NCBI GenBank assembly: GCA_045605805.1
Contig: JAZUQR010000021.1
Span: forward strand, 49,611 to 113,610
DNA from: Alphaproteobacteria bacterium
GTDB taxonomy: Bacteria > Pseudomonadota > Alphaproteobacteria > CAAHEQ01 > UBA3637
Direction: 5' to 3'
Length of the DNA: 64,000 bases
Part shown: positions 20,055-29,027 of the stretch, piece by piece
Position numbering within the stretch: the first letter of the stretch is position 1
How the letters are laid out: each line of letters starts with the position of its first letter
Notes under the pieces: generated by a model
What the model was told of the DNA's origin: nothing
Database searches by the model: none
What the model saw: the letters and a program-made list of their open reading frames with translations, nothing else
Position numbers and translations under genes: made by a program

Positions 20055-20831
20055 ATGAGACTAGATCAATTTTTGGTACATCAAAATCTGATTGACACCC
20101 GCACAAAAGCCAAATCAGCCATCACACAAGGCCTCATTTATTGTGACGGTCAACAAATAACAAAGCCAAGTTTTGAGGTCACAGACAATACACAAGTTGA
20201 AATTAAAGGCTGTTTGTTGCCCTATGTTTCTCGTGGGGGCCTAAAATTAGAAAAAGCCCTAAACGATTTTCAAATTGATTTAAGTGAAAAAATCGTTTTG
20301 GATATCGGCTCATCAACCGGTGGTTTTACAGATTGTGCCCTTCAACACAAAGCAAAATCGGTGATAGCTGTTGATGTAGGCACCAACCAATTAGCCCCTG
20401 TTTTACGAACAAATCCAGCTGTCATAGTTTATGAACAAACCGATTTCAGAACCATAAGCACAGAAAAAATAAACGCTTGCCAAATTGCCGTATCAGATGT
20501 TTCTTTCATCTCTGTGATAAAAATGATTCCCAAGTTGCAACAGATTGAAAATCTGACCGACCTCATCTGTTTAATCAAACCACAGTTTGAATGCGGGAAA
20601 GAAACGGCCGATAAATATAAGGGAATTATCAAAAATCCCAAAATCCATATCCAAGTGCTGACAACTGTCATCGCCACATTTGAAAAAAATGGATTTCATT
20701 TGCATCATTTATGTCTTTCCCCCATCAAAGGAACAAGTGGCAACACCGAATATCTGGCTCACTTCAAAAAAGAACCAAGTAATTTTTCGCCAAATATCAA
20801 TGAGCTAACACATAAGGCTTTTCAAAAATAA
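20055..20831 (+). CDS. tlyA: TlyA-family rRNA 2'-O-methyltransferase (hemolysin A-like)
   Basis: ATG at 20055. It has an S4-like N-terminus (MRLDQFLV...), YVSRGGLKLEKAL, and the SAM motif DIGSSTGGFTDC. Confidence 0.85.
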   Translation: MRLDQFLVHQNLIDTRTKAKSAITQGLIYCDGQQITKPSFEVTDNTQVEIKGCLLPYVSRGGLKLEKALNDFQIDLSEKIVLDIGSSTGGFTDCALQHKAKSVIAVDVGTNQLAPVLRTNPAVIVYEQTDFRTISTEKINACQIAVSDVSFISVIKMIPKLQQIENLTDLICLIKPQFECGKETADKYKGIIKNPKIHIQVLTTVIATFEKNGFHLHHLCLSPIKGTSGNTEYLAHFKKEPSNFSPNINELTHKAFQK

Positions 20832-20891
20832 ACTTTCCCCTTGCGTTTTGCCTTTTTTCGTGCTAGGATGAACCAAAACAAAGGAGTAAGC

Positions 20892-21857
20892 ATGACAGAC
20901 TTTTCAAATATATCGGTAATCGGCTGTGGCCGTTGGGGCGGATTTTTGGGGTGGTACGCCGCCACAATTAAATCATCACATGTATTGTTTCTGGGTGTCC
21001 CTGGTGATCCGGCTTATGAATCTTTAATCAAAACAGGCTTCAACGGCTATTGCCAAATGCCCGAAAATGTCAGCTATACCACCGATATGGAAGAAACGCT
21101 TAAAAATGATTTTATTATTGTATCCATTGGCTGTCAAGGTTTCCGTTCGCTGTGCAAACAAATGGCACCCTATAACTTAAAAGGGAAAAAGTTCTTGCTT
21201 GCCATGAAAGGTTTGGAATCTGATACTGCCAAACGCATGACGCAGATTTTTGAAGAAGAAATCCATGAACCCACAGCTCAGGTGGCCGTTTTGGGCGGCC
21301 CTGGTCATCCACAAGACTACTTAAAAGGCATTCCAAGCTGTGTGGTTGTCAGCTCGGCCACAGAAGAAGCAAAACTTTCCATTGCCCAATATATGAACAG
21401 CCATTTAATTCGGGCCTATTATGGTTCAGATTTAATTGGCAATGAAATTGGGGCGGCCTTAAAGAATGTTATCGGGTTGGCGGCCGGCATTTTGGACGGC
21501 ATCGGATGGAACGCCTTAAAAGGCGCATTGATGGCTCGTGCACCTGTGGAAGTAGGCCGTATTATGGAATACTTTGGCGGGCAATCAAAAAGTGCCTATG
21601 GTTTGGCTCACTTGGGTGATTATGAAGCCACACTGTTCTCACCGCACAGCCACAATCGGGCCTATGGTGAAGCATGGGCAAAAGGCGAAAGGTTTGAAAA
21701 ATTGGCCGAAGGCGTGCCTACCTTAAAGGCCGTTTATGCAATGCGAGATCAGTTAGAAATCCCACTATGCGTTGCCCTGTACAATGTGATTTATAAAAAT
21801 GCCGATCCAAAATCAGAAATCAAAATCCTGTTTGATCGCCCGTTAAGATCCGAATAA
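20892..21857 (+). CDS. gpsA: NAD(P)H-dependent glycerol-3-phosphate dehydrogenase
   Basis: The ATG at 20892 follows AAGGAG. The N-terminal dinucleotide fold is VIGCGRWGG. It also has the GpsA-type EIGAALKNVIGLAAGILDG and a C-terminal helical domain. Confidence 0.8.
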   Translation: MTDFSNISVIGCGRWGGFLGWYAATIKSSHVLFLGVPGDPAYESLIKTGFNGYCQMPENVSYTTDMEETLKNDFIIVSIGCQGFRSLCKQMAPYNLKGKKFLLAMKGLESDTAKRMTQIFEEEIHEPTAQVAVLGGPGHPQDYLKGIPSCVVVSSATEEAKLSIAQYMNSHLIRAYYGSDLIGNEIGAALKNVIGLAAGILDGIGWNALKGALMARAPVEVGRIMEYFGGQSKSAYGLAHLGDYEATLFSPHSHNRAYGEAWAKGERFEKLAEGVPTLKAVYAMRDQLEIPLCVALYNVIYKNADPKSEIKILFDRPLRSE

Positions 21858-21868
21858 ACATTTTTGTC

Positions 21869-21897
21869 TTGACTTTCATCACGCTTTTGCGTAAAAT
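21869..21897 (+). promoter_or_regulatory. sigma70-like promoter for SRP RNA
   Basis: TTGACT (21869-21874), a 17-bp spacer, then TAAAAT (21892-21897), just upstream of the predicted ffs 5' end. Confidence 0.5.
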
Positions 21898-21900
21898 AAA

Positions 21901-21992
21901 GGCGGAAAGATGTGGACGACAATCTTTGGTTATCGGGTCAGGTTCGGAAGAAAGCAGCCCACCCTTTGTATTTCGGGTCATGTCTTTCCTCT
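21901..21992 (+). ncRNA. ffs: signal recognition particle RNA (4.5S/small SRP RNA)
   Basis: It contains GGGUCAGGUUCGGAAGAAAGCAGCCC, matching the conserved domain IV core GGUCAGGUCCGGAAGGAAGCAGCC, with a C-G to U-A compensatory change next to the GGAA tetraloop. The 5' GGAAAGAUGUGGAC can pair with the 3' GUCAUGUCUUUCC. The position immediately upstream of dnaX is classic. The ends are approximate. Confidence 0.72.
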
Positions 21993-22007
21993 AACAAAAG
22001 GATACCG

Positions 22008-23660
22008 ATGGCAACACAATCGCAAGTTCTCGCACGCAAGTACCGCCCGCAAGTTTTTGATGATCTTATCGGTCAAGAAGCCCTTGTACGCACAATTACA
22101 AACGCCATAAAGCAAAACCGTCTAGCTCAGGCATATATGCTAACCGGCATTCGTGGCGTTGGCAAAACAACCTCTGCTCGCATCATCGCCAAAGGCTTGA
22201 ACTGTGTTGGCAAAGATGGCCAAGGCAATATGACCCCTAACCCCTGTGGTCAATGCAAACATTGCCAAGAAATTGCCGCCGATTCACACATTGATGTGAT
22301 TGAAATTGATGCGGCCAGTAATACCAGTGTGGACAACATACGAGAAATCATTGAAGGGGCAAAATACAACCCTGTGTCTGCCCGTTATAAAGTTTATATC
22401 ATTGACGAAGTGCATATGTTATCCAAAGCCGCTTTTAACGCCCTTTTGAAAACATTGGAAGAACCGCCGGAACGGGTAAAGTTTATCTTTGCTACCACCG
22501 AAATCCGCAAAGTTCCCCTTACCATTTTATCCCGTTGTCAGCGTTTTGATTTGAAGCGGGTAGAATTAGAAGAATTGACACAGCACCTGAAAAAAATCTG
22601 CCAAACAGAAAAAAAAGAGTTTTCTGATGAAGCCTTGCGCCTGTTTGCAAAAGCGGGGGATGGTTCGGTGCGTGATACCCTTTCTTTATTAGACCAAGCT
22701 ATAACACAATTACCCGATAATCCCTCAATAGAGCAAGTGCGCCAAATGTTGGGTGTGGCCGATTCCGGTGCTTTGTTAAAGCTATATCAAGCCATTTTAC
22801 ACGCAGATATGCCTTTGGTTTTTGACCTGCTCTCCACCCAATATCAGGCGGGGACAGATGCCTTGACTTTGGTGCAAGATATGATGGATTTAACCTATAA
22901 ACTGACATGTCTGAAAGTTGCCCCAAAAACAACTTTATTGGAAGATTTAACACAAGACGAACAGGGCGCCTTAAAAGAAATCGCAAAACAGGCCAGCATC
23001 CACGCTTTAACTGCAAATTGGCAACTGCTGATAAAAGGAATTCAAGAAGTGCGTTTGGCTGACCATCCATTCCAAGCAACACAAATGTTGATGATTCGCA
23101 TGGCTTATATGTCTGATATCGCCACGCCACAACAATTGTTAAATGAAATCAAAACACAAAACACAACATCTGTTGTGGTTCAACCACAAATGGCCACCCA
23201 GCCACAACCACAAAATACACCTCAGCAAAACCAACAGACTGTACAATCTTCCTTACAACAATTCAAAAACATCAAGGAAATTGCTGCCTTTGCAAAAACA
23301 AAAGGGGAAAGAATGTTGGCCTTTAATTTAGAAACATTTGTGCGCCCGATAAGTATTGAAAACAATACCATCTCTTGTGTCTTGGCTCCCAATACCCCAG
23401 GCAATTTTTCGGCTAATCTGACCAAGTTTTTACGAGATGCGACTGGAACAAATTGGATTTTGAACACACAAAAAACAGGGGGTGGGCCTTCCATCAAAGA
23501 AGAAAAAGAGGCCAACGCCCAACAATTGATTGGCAAAATCAAACAAGATCCAGCCGTGGCCGAAATTGAAAAACTGTTCAAAGGGGCAAAAATAGAAAAA
23601 GTCAAACCCTTAAAAACACAAGATGCTCCCGAAGAAACAGAACCGGAAGAAGATGCATAA
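22008..23660 (+). CDS. dnaX: DNA polymerase III subunit gamma/tau
   Basis: The ORF is trimmed to the ATG at 22008 (MATQSQVLARKYRPQVFDDLIGQ). It has Walker A GIRGVGKTT, a Zn module CGQCKHC, and IIDEVHML. Confidence 0.9.
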   Translation: MATQSQVLARKYRPQVFDDLIGQEALVRTITNAIKQNRLAQAYMLTGIRGVGKTTSARIIAKGLNCVGKDGQGNMTPNPCGQCKHCQEIAADSHIDVIEIDAASNTSVDNIREIIEGAKYNPVSARYKVYIIDEVHMLSKAAFNALLKTLEEPPERVKFIFATTEIRKVPLTILSRCQRFDLKRVELEELTQHLKKICQTEKKEFSDEALRLFAKAGDGSVRDTLSLLDQAITQLPDNPSIEQVRQMLGVADSGALLKLYQAILHADMPLVFDLLSTQYQAGTDALTLVQDMMDLTYKLTCLKVAPKTTLLEDLTQDEQGALKEIAKQASIHALTANWQLLIKGIQEVRLADHPFQATQMLMIRMAYMSDIATPQQLLNEIKTQNTTSVVVQPQMATQPQPQNTPQQNQQTVQSSLQQFKNIKEIAAFAKTKGERMLAFNLETFVRPISIENNTISCVLAPNTPGNFSANLTKFLRDATGTNWILNTQKTGGGPSIKEEKEANAQQLIGKIKQDPAVAEIEKLFKGAKIEKVKPLKTQDAPEETEPEEDA

Positions 23661-23694
23661 AAAGTGCTTGCATTTATAAAAATGAATTGTTAAA

Positions 23695-25488
23695 ATGAAG
23701 CATCTTAACAAAAGGAAAAAAATGTTTCAAAAATTAAAGAAGATGAACTTTGTCATAAACTACAAACGCATTTGGCCATTTGTCAAACCTTTTTGGTTTC
23801 GTTCTCTGTTAAGCATTTTAATCACCATTCCCATCGGCTCATTGGACGCTGTTATTGCCTTGGCCTTAAAGCCTTTTATGGACACCATTGTCATTGAACA
23901 AAATGGGGCAACGCCATGGAATCTGCCTTTGTATGTCATGCCCATTTTAATCGTTGTATTTACCGTTGTCCAGGCCTGTTTGGAATATGGGGCTGCCTAT
24001 TTGAATACATGGACGGGTGGAAAAATCACCCAAGAATTACAGCGCAAAATGTATAAAAAATTGCTGACCATGGATCAATCTTTTTTTGACCAACATTCTT
24101 CCGGAGATTTAGCCCAACGGTTCAGTGCTGACCCAACAACCGCCTGTGCCGGCTTGCTGACAAACATCAAAACATTCACAACACGCATTTTTTCCTCAAT
24201 CACCTTGATTGGTGTTTTGTTTTATACATCATGGCAATTGGCCATCATCGCCATTGTTGTATTGGGCAGCTCATTATGGCCATTGGCAAGCATTCGCAAA
24301 CGCATTAAAGATATTGTGAAAAAATCTGTCCAAGTTGGTGCGGCAGGTTTTACCGCTTTTAACGAAACGCATGCGGGATCAAAAACAATTGCCTCATATA
24401 ACTTACAAGACCATAAACGCAAGCAATATGGCGATATTTTAACAATGGGGTTCAAATTGGCGATTAAAAATACACAACGCACTGCATGGCTTTCTCCGAT
24501 GATGCACATCATCATCTCCATCGGCATGGCTGGCACAATCTGGTACGGTTCATACCTGATTACTTCAAAACAAATCTCAGCGGGCGATTTTGTGGCGTTT
24601 ATGACCTCTATGTTGATGCTCTATACCCCCATTAAAAACATCGGCAAAAACTTCACACAGGTTCAACAGTCTTTCTTGGCCATAGAACGTGTCTTTGAGA
24701 TGTTGGATTATCAAATCCCGATTCATGACAAAAAAGAAGCCAAACAAATGGATAAATTGAAAAAAGAAATCCTGTTCAAAAATGTTTGCTTTGAATACAA
24801 AGCGGATACGCCTGTGTTAAAGAACATCAATTTAACCATTCCCAAAGGGAAAACAATGGCCTTTGTGGGCAACTCTGGTGGCGGGAAAAGTACAATTGTC
24901 AATCTGATACCCCGTTTTTATGATGTAAAGGAAGGAAGCATTATGATAGACGGCACAGATATTCGGGATATCTCTTTGCACACACTGCGTCAAAATATTG
25001 CGGTCGTTTTTCAAGATAACTTTTTGTTCTCTGGAACCATTCGTGAAAACCTTCTGCTTGGCAAATTTGACGCTACAGACGAAGAAATCCACCAAGCCTT
25101 AAAAGCCGCCTGTTTGGAAGATTTTGTGGCAGAATTAGAAAATGGCCTTGATACCCACATCGGAGAACGAGGCACCCGGCTCTCGGGTGGGCAAAAACAA
25201 CGGGTTGCCATCGCACGGGCCTTTTTGAAAAACGCCCCTATCGTTATTTTGGACGAAGCTACCTCGGCCTTGGATAACAAATCAGAAGGTGTTGTTCAAC
25301 AAGCCATTGATAACCTGATGAAAGACAGAACGGTTTTGGTGATTGCACATCGCCTCTCCACCATTCAAAATGCCGATAAGATCGTGGTCATCAACGAAGG
25401 GGAAATCGTAGAAGAAGGTAATCATAAGGCTTTGTTGTCCAAAAATGGCGCCTATGCAACCCTCTATAATGCTCAGTTCAAAAAATAA
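23695..25488 (+). CDS. ABC exporter, fused permease/ATPase (MsbA-like lipid exporter)
   Basis: 597 aa with six N-terminal TM segments. It has Walker A GNSGGGKST, signature LSGGQKQR and Walker B ILDEATSALD. An alternative start is the ATG at 23722. Confidence 0.85.
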   Translation: MKHLNKRKKMFQKLKKMNFVINYKRIWPFVKPFWFRSLLSILITIPIGSLDAVIALALKPFMDTIVIEQNGATPWNLPLYVMPILIVVFTVVQACLEYGAAYLNTWTGGKITQELQRKMYKKLLTMDQSFFDQHSSGDLAQRFSADPTTACAGLLTNIKTFTTRIFSSITLIGVLFYTSWQLAIIAIVVLGSSLWPLASIRKRIKDIVKKSVQVGAAGFTAFNETHAGSKTIASYNLQDHKRKQYGDILTMGFKLAIKNTQRTAWLSPMMHIIISIGMAGTIWYGSYLITSKQISAGDFVAFMTSMLMLYTPIKNIGKNFTQVQQSFLAIERVFEMLDYQIPIHDKKEAKQMDKLKKEILFKNVCFEYKADTPVLKNINLTIPKGKTMAFVGNSGGGKSTIVNLIPRFYDVKEGSIMIDGTDIRDISLHTLRQNIAVVFQDNFLFSGTIRENLLLGKFDATDEEIHQALKAACLEDFVAELENGLDTHIGERGTRLSGGQKQRVAIARAFLKNAPIVILDEATSALDNKSEGVVQQAIDNLMKDRTVLVIAHRLSTIQNADKIVVINEGEIVEEGNHKALLSKNGAYATLYNAQFKK

Positions 25489-25762
25489 AAAAAAGAGCCT
25501 GATTTTAGAATAAAAATTTGATATGGTTTTATTCACTCGTTCATTTGAAAAAGCCTGTGAAGAAATGTACGAAAAATCCTTAGAAAATTAAACTATCACC
25601 AACAAAACAAAACGGACAATACCCTTGGTGTTTCCTTTGTGTCCTTTGTTTCCTACTAAATACACCTTTTAGTTGTATTTTTAGAGGTTTGTTATTTTTT
25701 AGTTGCAATTTGTTCAAAATACAGCTATAAGTATAGGTACAACTCTAACAAAGGATTGAAAA

Positions 25763-26014
25763 ATGTTGATATGCAAAAATGTAATTGTGAACGGCAGACG
25801 CACCAGCATGCGATTAGACAAAGAAACTTGGCTATCCTTGTCCGAAATCTGCAAAACAGAAAATACCAACCTACACGCTCTGTGTTCAAAAATTGAAAAA
25901 AACAAAGGCGAATGTGGCCTGTCCGGTGCGGTCAGAAGTTTTGTCCTCACCTATCTGCGCACCCAACTGGCACAATATCGCCAACAACTGGAAAACTTAA
26001 ACAGAGATATTTAA
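25763..26014 (+). CDS. ribbon-helix-helix domain protein (RHH_4-like)
   Basis: 83-aa ORF. VIVNGRRTSMRLDKETWLSLSEICKTENTNLHALC resembles the alphaproteobacterial RHH family, whose pattern is (G)RRTS(V/M)RLE...W..L.EIA. Confidence 0.6.
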   Translation: MLICKNVIVNGRRTSMRLDKETWLSLSEICKTENTNLHALCSKIEKNKGECGLSGAVRSFVLTYLRTQLAQYRQQLENLNRDI

Positions 26015-26050
26015 GCGATAAACTTTTTATCGGAAAAACAATTTACCCTG

Positions 26051-26079
26051 TTGACAAGGGCTATAAAAAAGTGTATACT
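26051..26079 (+). promoter_or_regulatory. sigma70-like promoter upstream of tRNA-Thr
   Basis: Consensus TTGACA (26051-26056), a 17-bp spacer, then TATACT (26074-26079). Confidence 0.5.
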
Positions 26080-26151
26080 TAGATAGCTTATGGTAAACAA
26101 GTACAATACAAGAAATAGGCCTTATTTTTTGTCACATACCATAAAACAGTT

Positions 26152-26226
26152 GCCGCAGTAGCGTAGTGGTAGCGCACGTCCTTGGTAAGGACGGGGTCGT
26201 GAGTCCGATTCTCACCTGCGGCACCA
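26152..26226 (+). tRNA. tRNA-Thr (anticodon GGU), CCA-encoded; island attachment site
   Basis: A cloverleaf can be drawn: acceptor GCCGCAG/CTGCGGC, D-stem GCGT/GCGC, anticodon stem CGTCC/GGACG with loop TTGGTAA, T-stem GTGAG/CTCAC, 3' ACCA. The T-loop reads TCCGATT, with C where U55 is normally invariant. Confidence 0.92.
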
Positions 26227-26229
26227 TTT
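26210..26229 (+). repeat. attL core (tRNA-Thr 3' end)
   Basis: Identical 20-mer to 51932-51951. Confidence 0.85.
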
Positions 26230-26235
26230 TTGAAT

Positions 26236-26261
26236 AAACCCTTGTTTATCAAGGGTTTTTT
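26236..26261 (+). terminator. rho-independent terminator after tRNA-Thr
   Basis: aaaccctt-gtttatc-aagggttt hairpin followed by a T-run. Confidence 0.55.
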
Positions 26262-26285
26262 CATGCCTTGGAGGGCTTATTTTTG

Positions 26286-26322
26286 GTGTAACACAGGGGT
26301 GTAACACAAAGCTGTAACACAA
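26286..26322 (+). repeat. three tandem GTGTAACACA(A) motifs: candidate integrase arm-type sites
   Basis: gtgtaacaca at 26286-26295, gtgtaacacaa at 26299-26309, ctgtaacacaa at 26312-26322. The same 11-mer recurs at 50407-50417 and at 51849-51859 next to attR. Confidence 0.55.
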
Positions 26323-26535
26323 AGACACAAAATACCCCCTTCAAAACGCCCATATTTTCAAACATAATTTGCGTTAAAAATATCTCATTCATCAGGGGTA
26401 CTCATCTATGACTTTTTGACGGCTACTTTTTGATGACTTTTAGCATATCATACCGTATGAATTTTTTGCCATTTTAACAGAATATAACATCTCTGTGACA
26501 CCAACACATGGATCCCAGTCAAGACATCTGCCCTT

Positions 26536-28317
26536 TTAGTTTTTCGCATTCAATTGACGCATGACAAACGAATCCATGAATGACTTCTTTAATTCTGACA
26601 GCTCTCGATTGATAGGATAGTTAATTTTGCTTATTTCTTCCAGCATAACTCTCATGTCTTTCTTATGAGCATAAATTCTTTGTCCTATACCGTGATTAGT
26701 CCATCCACAAATAGCATTTTGGTATTCCGCAGGTATCCGTTTTTCAACTGCCTTTGTTTCAAATGTATGCCGAAATGAGTGAAACACCTTGCTTTTACTT
26801 TTTATGCCTAGAGCGTCCAAATGTCTTGCGAACCATCCTTGAACTGCCCTTCCGTAGAGCCCTCTTTTCTGACGGTATAAATTACTGAAGAGTTTGCGCT
26901 CCTTTTCTTGTCTTTGAAATTCAACATAATGTAAGAAACCCATATCTATTAGTTTTGGATGGATAGGTATTACTCTGATGGATCCCTTGTTTTTAACTGA
27001 CTTATCTTCACCTCTGTCATTGATACTAATACAAGGTATCCCTTTCTCTTTGACAATATCTGTCAGATCTAACTGACAGATTTCATTTTGTCTACAACCT
27101 TGATAAAGGGCTAACAATGGTATCCAAAATCTTCCCATGTTTAACCTCTCTTTAGGGTTAGGATAAAATTGAGGATTAAATATTTTATGAAGTTCTACAT
27201 CCGTAAATGGCTCCCGAACAAGTACATCCGTTCGAAGAGGAATATCAATAAACTCATTCAAACTATTTTGAATAATTTCTTCTTTCACAGCAAATCGCAT
27301 GAATTCCTTAAATACCTGTAAATATCTTTGAATTGTTCCTTTTGCCAATGCCTGTGAAGAAGAATTAGTCATAATATCTTGAATACTCGTACAATCTTTT
27401 TCCAAAATCTGACACCACTTTTTTGAAACAGAATGTATTTGTGTACTTAATTTTCGACAATCTTGGATTGTTACATCTTCCACACATTCTTTGCCAATAA
27501 TCATAAAAGCAAGCTTAACTGATAATTTATTCATGTGTAATCGACTAGGGGTCGTCCCGTTTAAATTCTGCTTCATCTTCGCATATCGTTTGAAAAACTT
27601 TTCCCAATGGGTTGCTGCCATAGAGTGATGAATACGCTCATCTGTCTTCATCTTATCATAAGTACGCAACAAGGTGATAATCTTTGGATCAGTTGGAGCG
27701 TAATGTTTATCCTCTTTTATTGCCTCTACTGATTTCTTCGCATAATGGTCCAAATGGTTAATGTGGGTTGAGAACGCCTTTAACCAATCATATTTGTCAT
27801 CTGGTTCCACCAATCCTAGTTCAATCTCCTTCTCTTTTAACTGATGATACACAGTCCTTAAAGTGATATTTGCCTTATTTTTATCTAATAATTCCTTGAG
27901 ATAATCTAGAATCATCGAGGTCATTAACTTACGAATATCCGCCTCCTTTTTCCCATTTGGAAACAGAATAATATCGGCTGCTGTTTTATGCCGAGCCTTG
28001 ATTTCCTCGCCATTGTTTTCCAAAAATGCTTGGATTTGTTCCAATCTGTGAAGCAAGAGTTTATCTACATCTGCTTCATTTAGTTCTAATTGTTTGTTCT
28101 CATTTACTCTCATAATAATCTCTTTCAATATTGTTAAAAATGCTTGTAAATGAGCAAACTCCACACGATACTTTTCAATGGCTTCCTGATATATGGATGT
28201 TCCTAATGTATAGGTAAGTTCATCACATCGTGCGATTGTCCTTAACTCCGCAGGTATTCTAACCCGCAGGTAAAATAATCGCCCTCTCGCAAATAGTCCC
28301 GAATAGTGATATGACAT
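26536..28317 (-). CDS. tyrosine-type integrase (large, 593 aa)
   Basis: The C-terminal catalytic domain has R (QGCRQNEICQL), KNKGSIRVIPIH, HSFRHTF and GQRIYAH (Tyr). It is the first gene inside attL, reading toward the tRNA. Confidence 0.88.
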   Translation of the reverse strand: MSYHYSGLFARGRLFYLRVRIPAELRTIARCDELTYTLGTSIYQEAIEKYRVEFAHLQAFLTILKEIIMRVNENKQLELNEADVDKLLLHRLEQIQAFLENNGEEIKARHKTAADIILFPNGKKEADIRKLMTSMILDYLKELLDKNKANITLRTVYHQLKEKEIELGLVEPDDKYDWLKAFSTHINHLDHYAKKSVEAIKEDKHYAPTDPKIITLLRTYDKMKTDERIHHSMAATHWEKFFKRYAKMKQNLNGTTPSRLHMNKLSVKLAFMIIGKECVEDVTIQDCRKLSTQIHSVSKKWCQILEKDCTSIQDIMTNSSSQALAKGTIQRYLQVFKEFMRFAVKEEIIQNSLNEFIDIPLRTDVLVREPFTDVELHKIFNPQFYPNPKERLNMGRFWIPLLALYQGCRQNEICQLDLTDIVKEKGIPCISINDRGEDKSVKNKGSIRVIPIHPKLIDMGFLHYVEFQRQEKERKLFSNLYRQKRGLYGRAVQGWFARHLDALGIKSKSKVFHSFRHTFETKAVEKRIPAEYQNAICGWTNHGIGQRIYAHKKDMRVMLEEISKINYPINRELSELKKSFMDSFVMRQLNAKN

Positions 28318-28396
28318 TCTTCCTCCATTTGGAGATCGAATTCAACCACATCATTATGACCATGTCAAGAGCGTTTTGGGAGTTTGCTCTGTTGTT

Positions 28397-29026
28397 TTAC
28401 CCCATTAAAATATCCAGATACCGCTCAAACAGTTCATTATGCAGTTGATAGGAGTCTAATCTCGTTCCTTGACCATTGTGGAAAACATCTGAAAAATCAA
28501 CTCCATTCCCCGATTCTTCTGCCTTAAGCATAAATGTTAGCGAAGGATATTGTTTGGATAGTTTTATCATAGCCCTAATAGGTGGTTCCCATGGTGTAAT
28601 AAAGAGTATACGACATGCCTTTTTCCTGTGATATGTTATCCATTCTAGTGTGGAATCATATGCATTGCCTGTGGCACCCCAATGTGCCAAATGCCAATCA
28701 TACCAAGAATAACGACCATAATGTTCTTTACAGTGTAATGCTTTTTGTGCATTTTCTCTGTTGCTTTTGCCATCAAAGCGTACAGAATTCAATTGTTCTT
28801 TTTCTTCGGCAGATAATTCCTCACCTGACAATTCTTTTTTTAGAATCTTTATATCATCCTTCAGAGATCCCGATACTATAACTTCGCTCAATTCTTTGGG
28901 CATAGGATCAATATTATTAAAATCAATAAATGCGCCTTCATCATCATTTTTGATCTGATCCAAACACTTTTTGATTGTTTCTTCATCTCCACGGATAGTT
29001 AAAGTATTTAAACAACAATTTGCCAT
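28397..29026 (-). CDS. DUF1281-like (YubB/Api92-like ferredoxin-fold) plasmid-type protein
   Basis: The N-terminus MANCCLNTLTIRG, plus WYDWHLAHWGATGNAYD and FITPWEPP, resemble the DUF1281 pattern (MxNWCxNxLxxxG, YDWxxxNWGTKWNA, TAWSPP). Confidence 0.55.
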   Translation of the reverse strand: MANCCLNTLTIRGDEETIKKCLDQIKNDDEGAFIDFNNIDPMPKELSEVIVSGSLKDDIKILKKELSGEELSAEEKEQLNSVRFDGKSNRENAQKALHCKEHYGRYSWYDWHLAHWGATGNAYDSTLEWITYHRKKACRILFITPWEPPIRAMIKLSKQYPSLTFMLKAEESGNGVDFSDVFHNGQGTRLDSYQLHNELFERYLDILMG

Positions 29027-29027
29027 A

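Noticed and set aside
20841-20891. Longer N-terminal extensions offered by the track for gpsA, dnaX, polA, fabG, tolC-like, hsp20 and others.
   Set aside because: In each case an internal ATG preceded by a GGAG-type RBS gives the canonical family N-terminus. The extensions overlap upstream genes, the SRP RNA or promoters.
22600-22625. The A-run (gaaaaaaaagag) in dnaX as a programmed -1 frameshift site producing the gamma subunit. A second A-run near 23465 was considered as well.
   Set aside because: The first site is at about codon 200, inside the ATPase/clamp-loader core rather than after domain III. The second is not in X-XXY-YYZ register. No downstream stem-loop was obvious.
25489-25762. 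The 270-bp gap after the msbA-like gene, examined for an ncRNA or repeat.
   Set aside because: I could see no conserved RNA motif, no strong hairpin + T-run, and no repeat. It is probably just promoter and leader DNA for the RHH gene.
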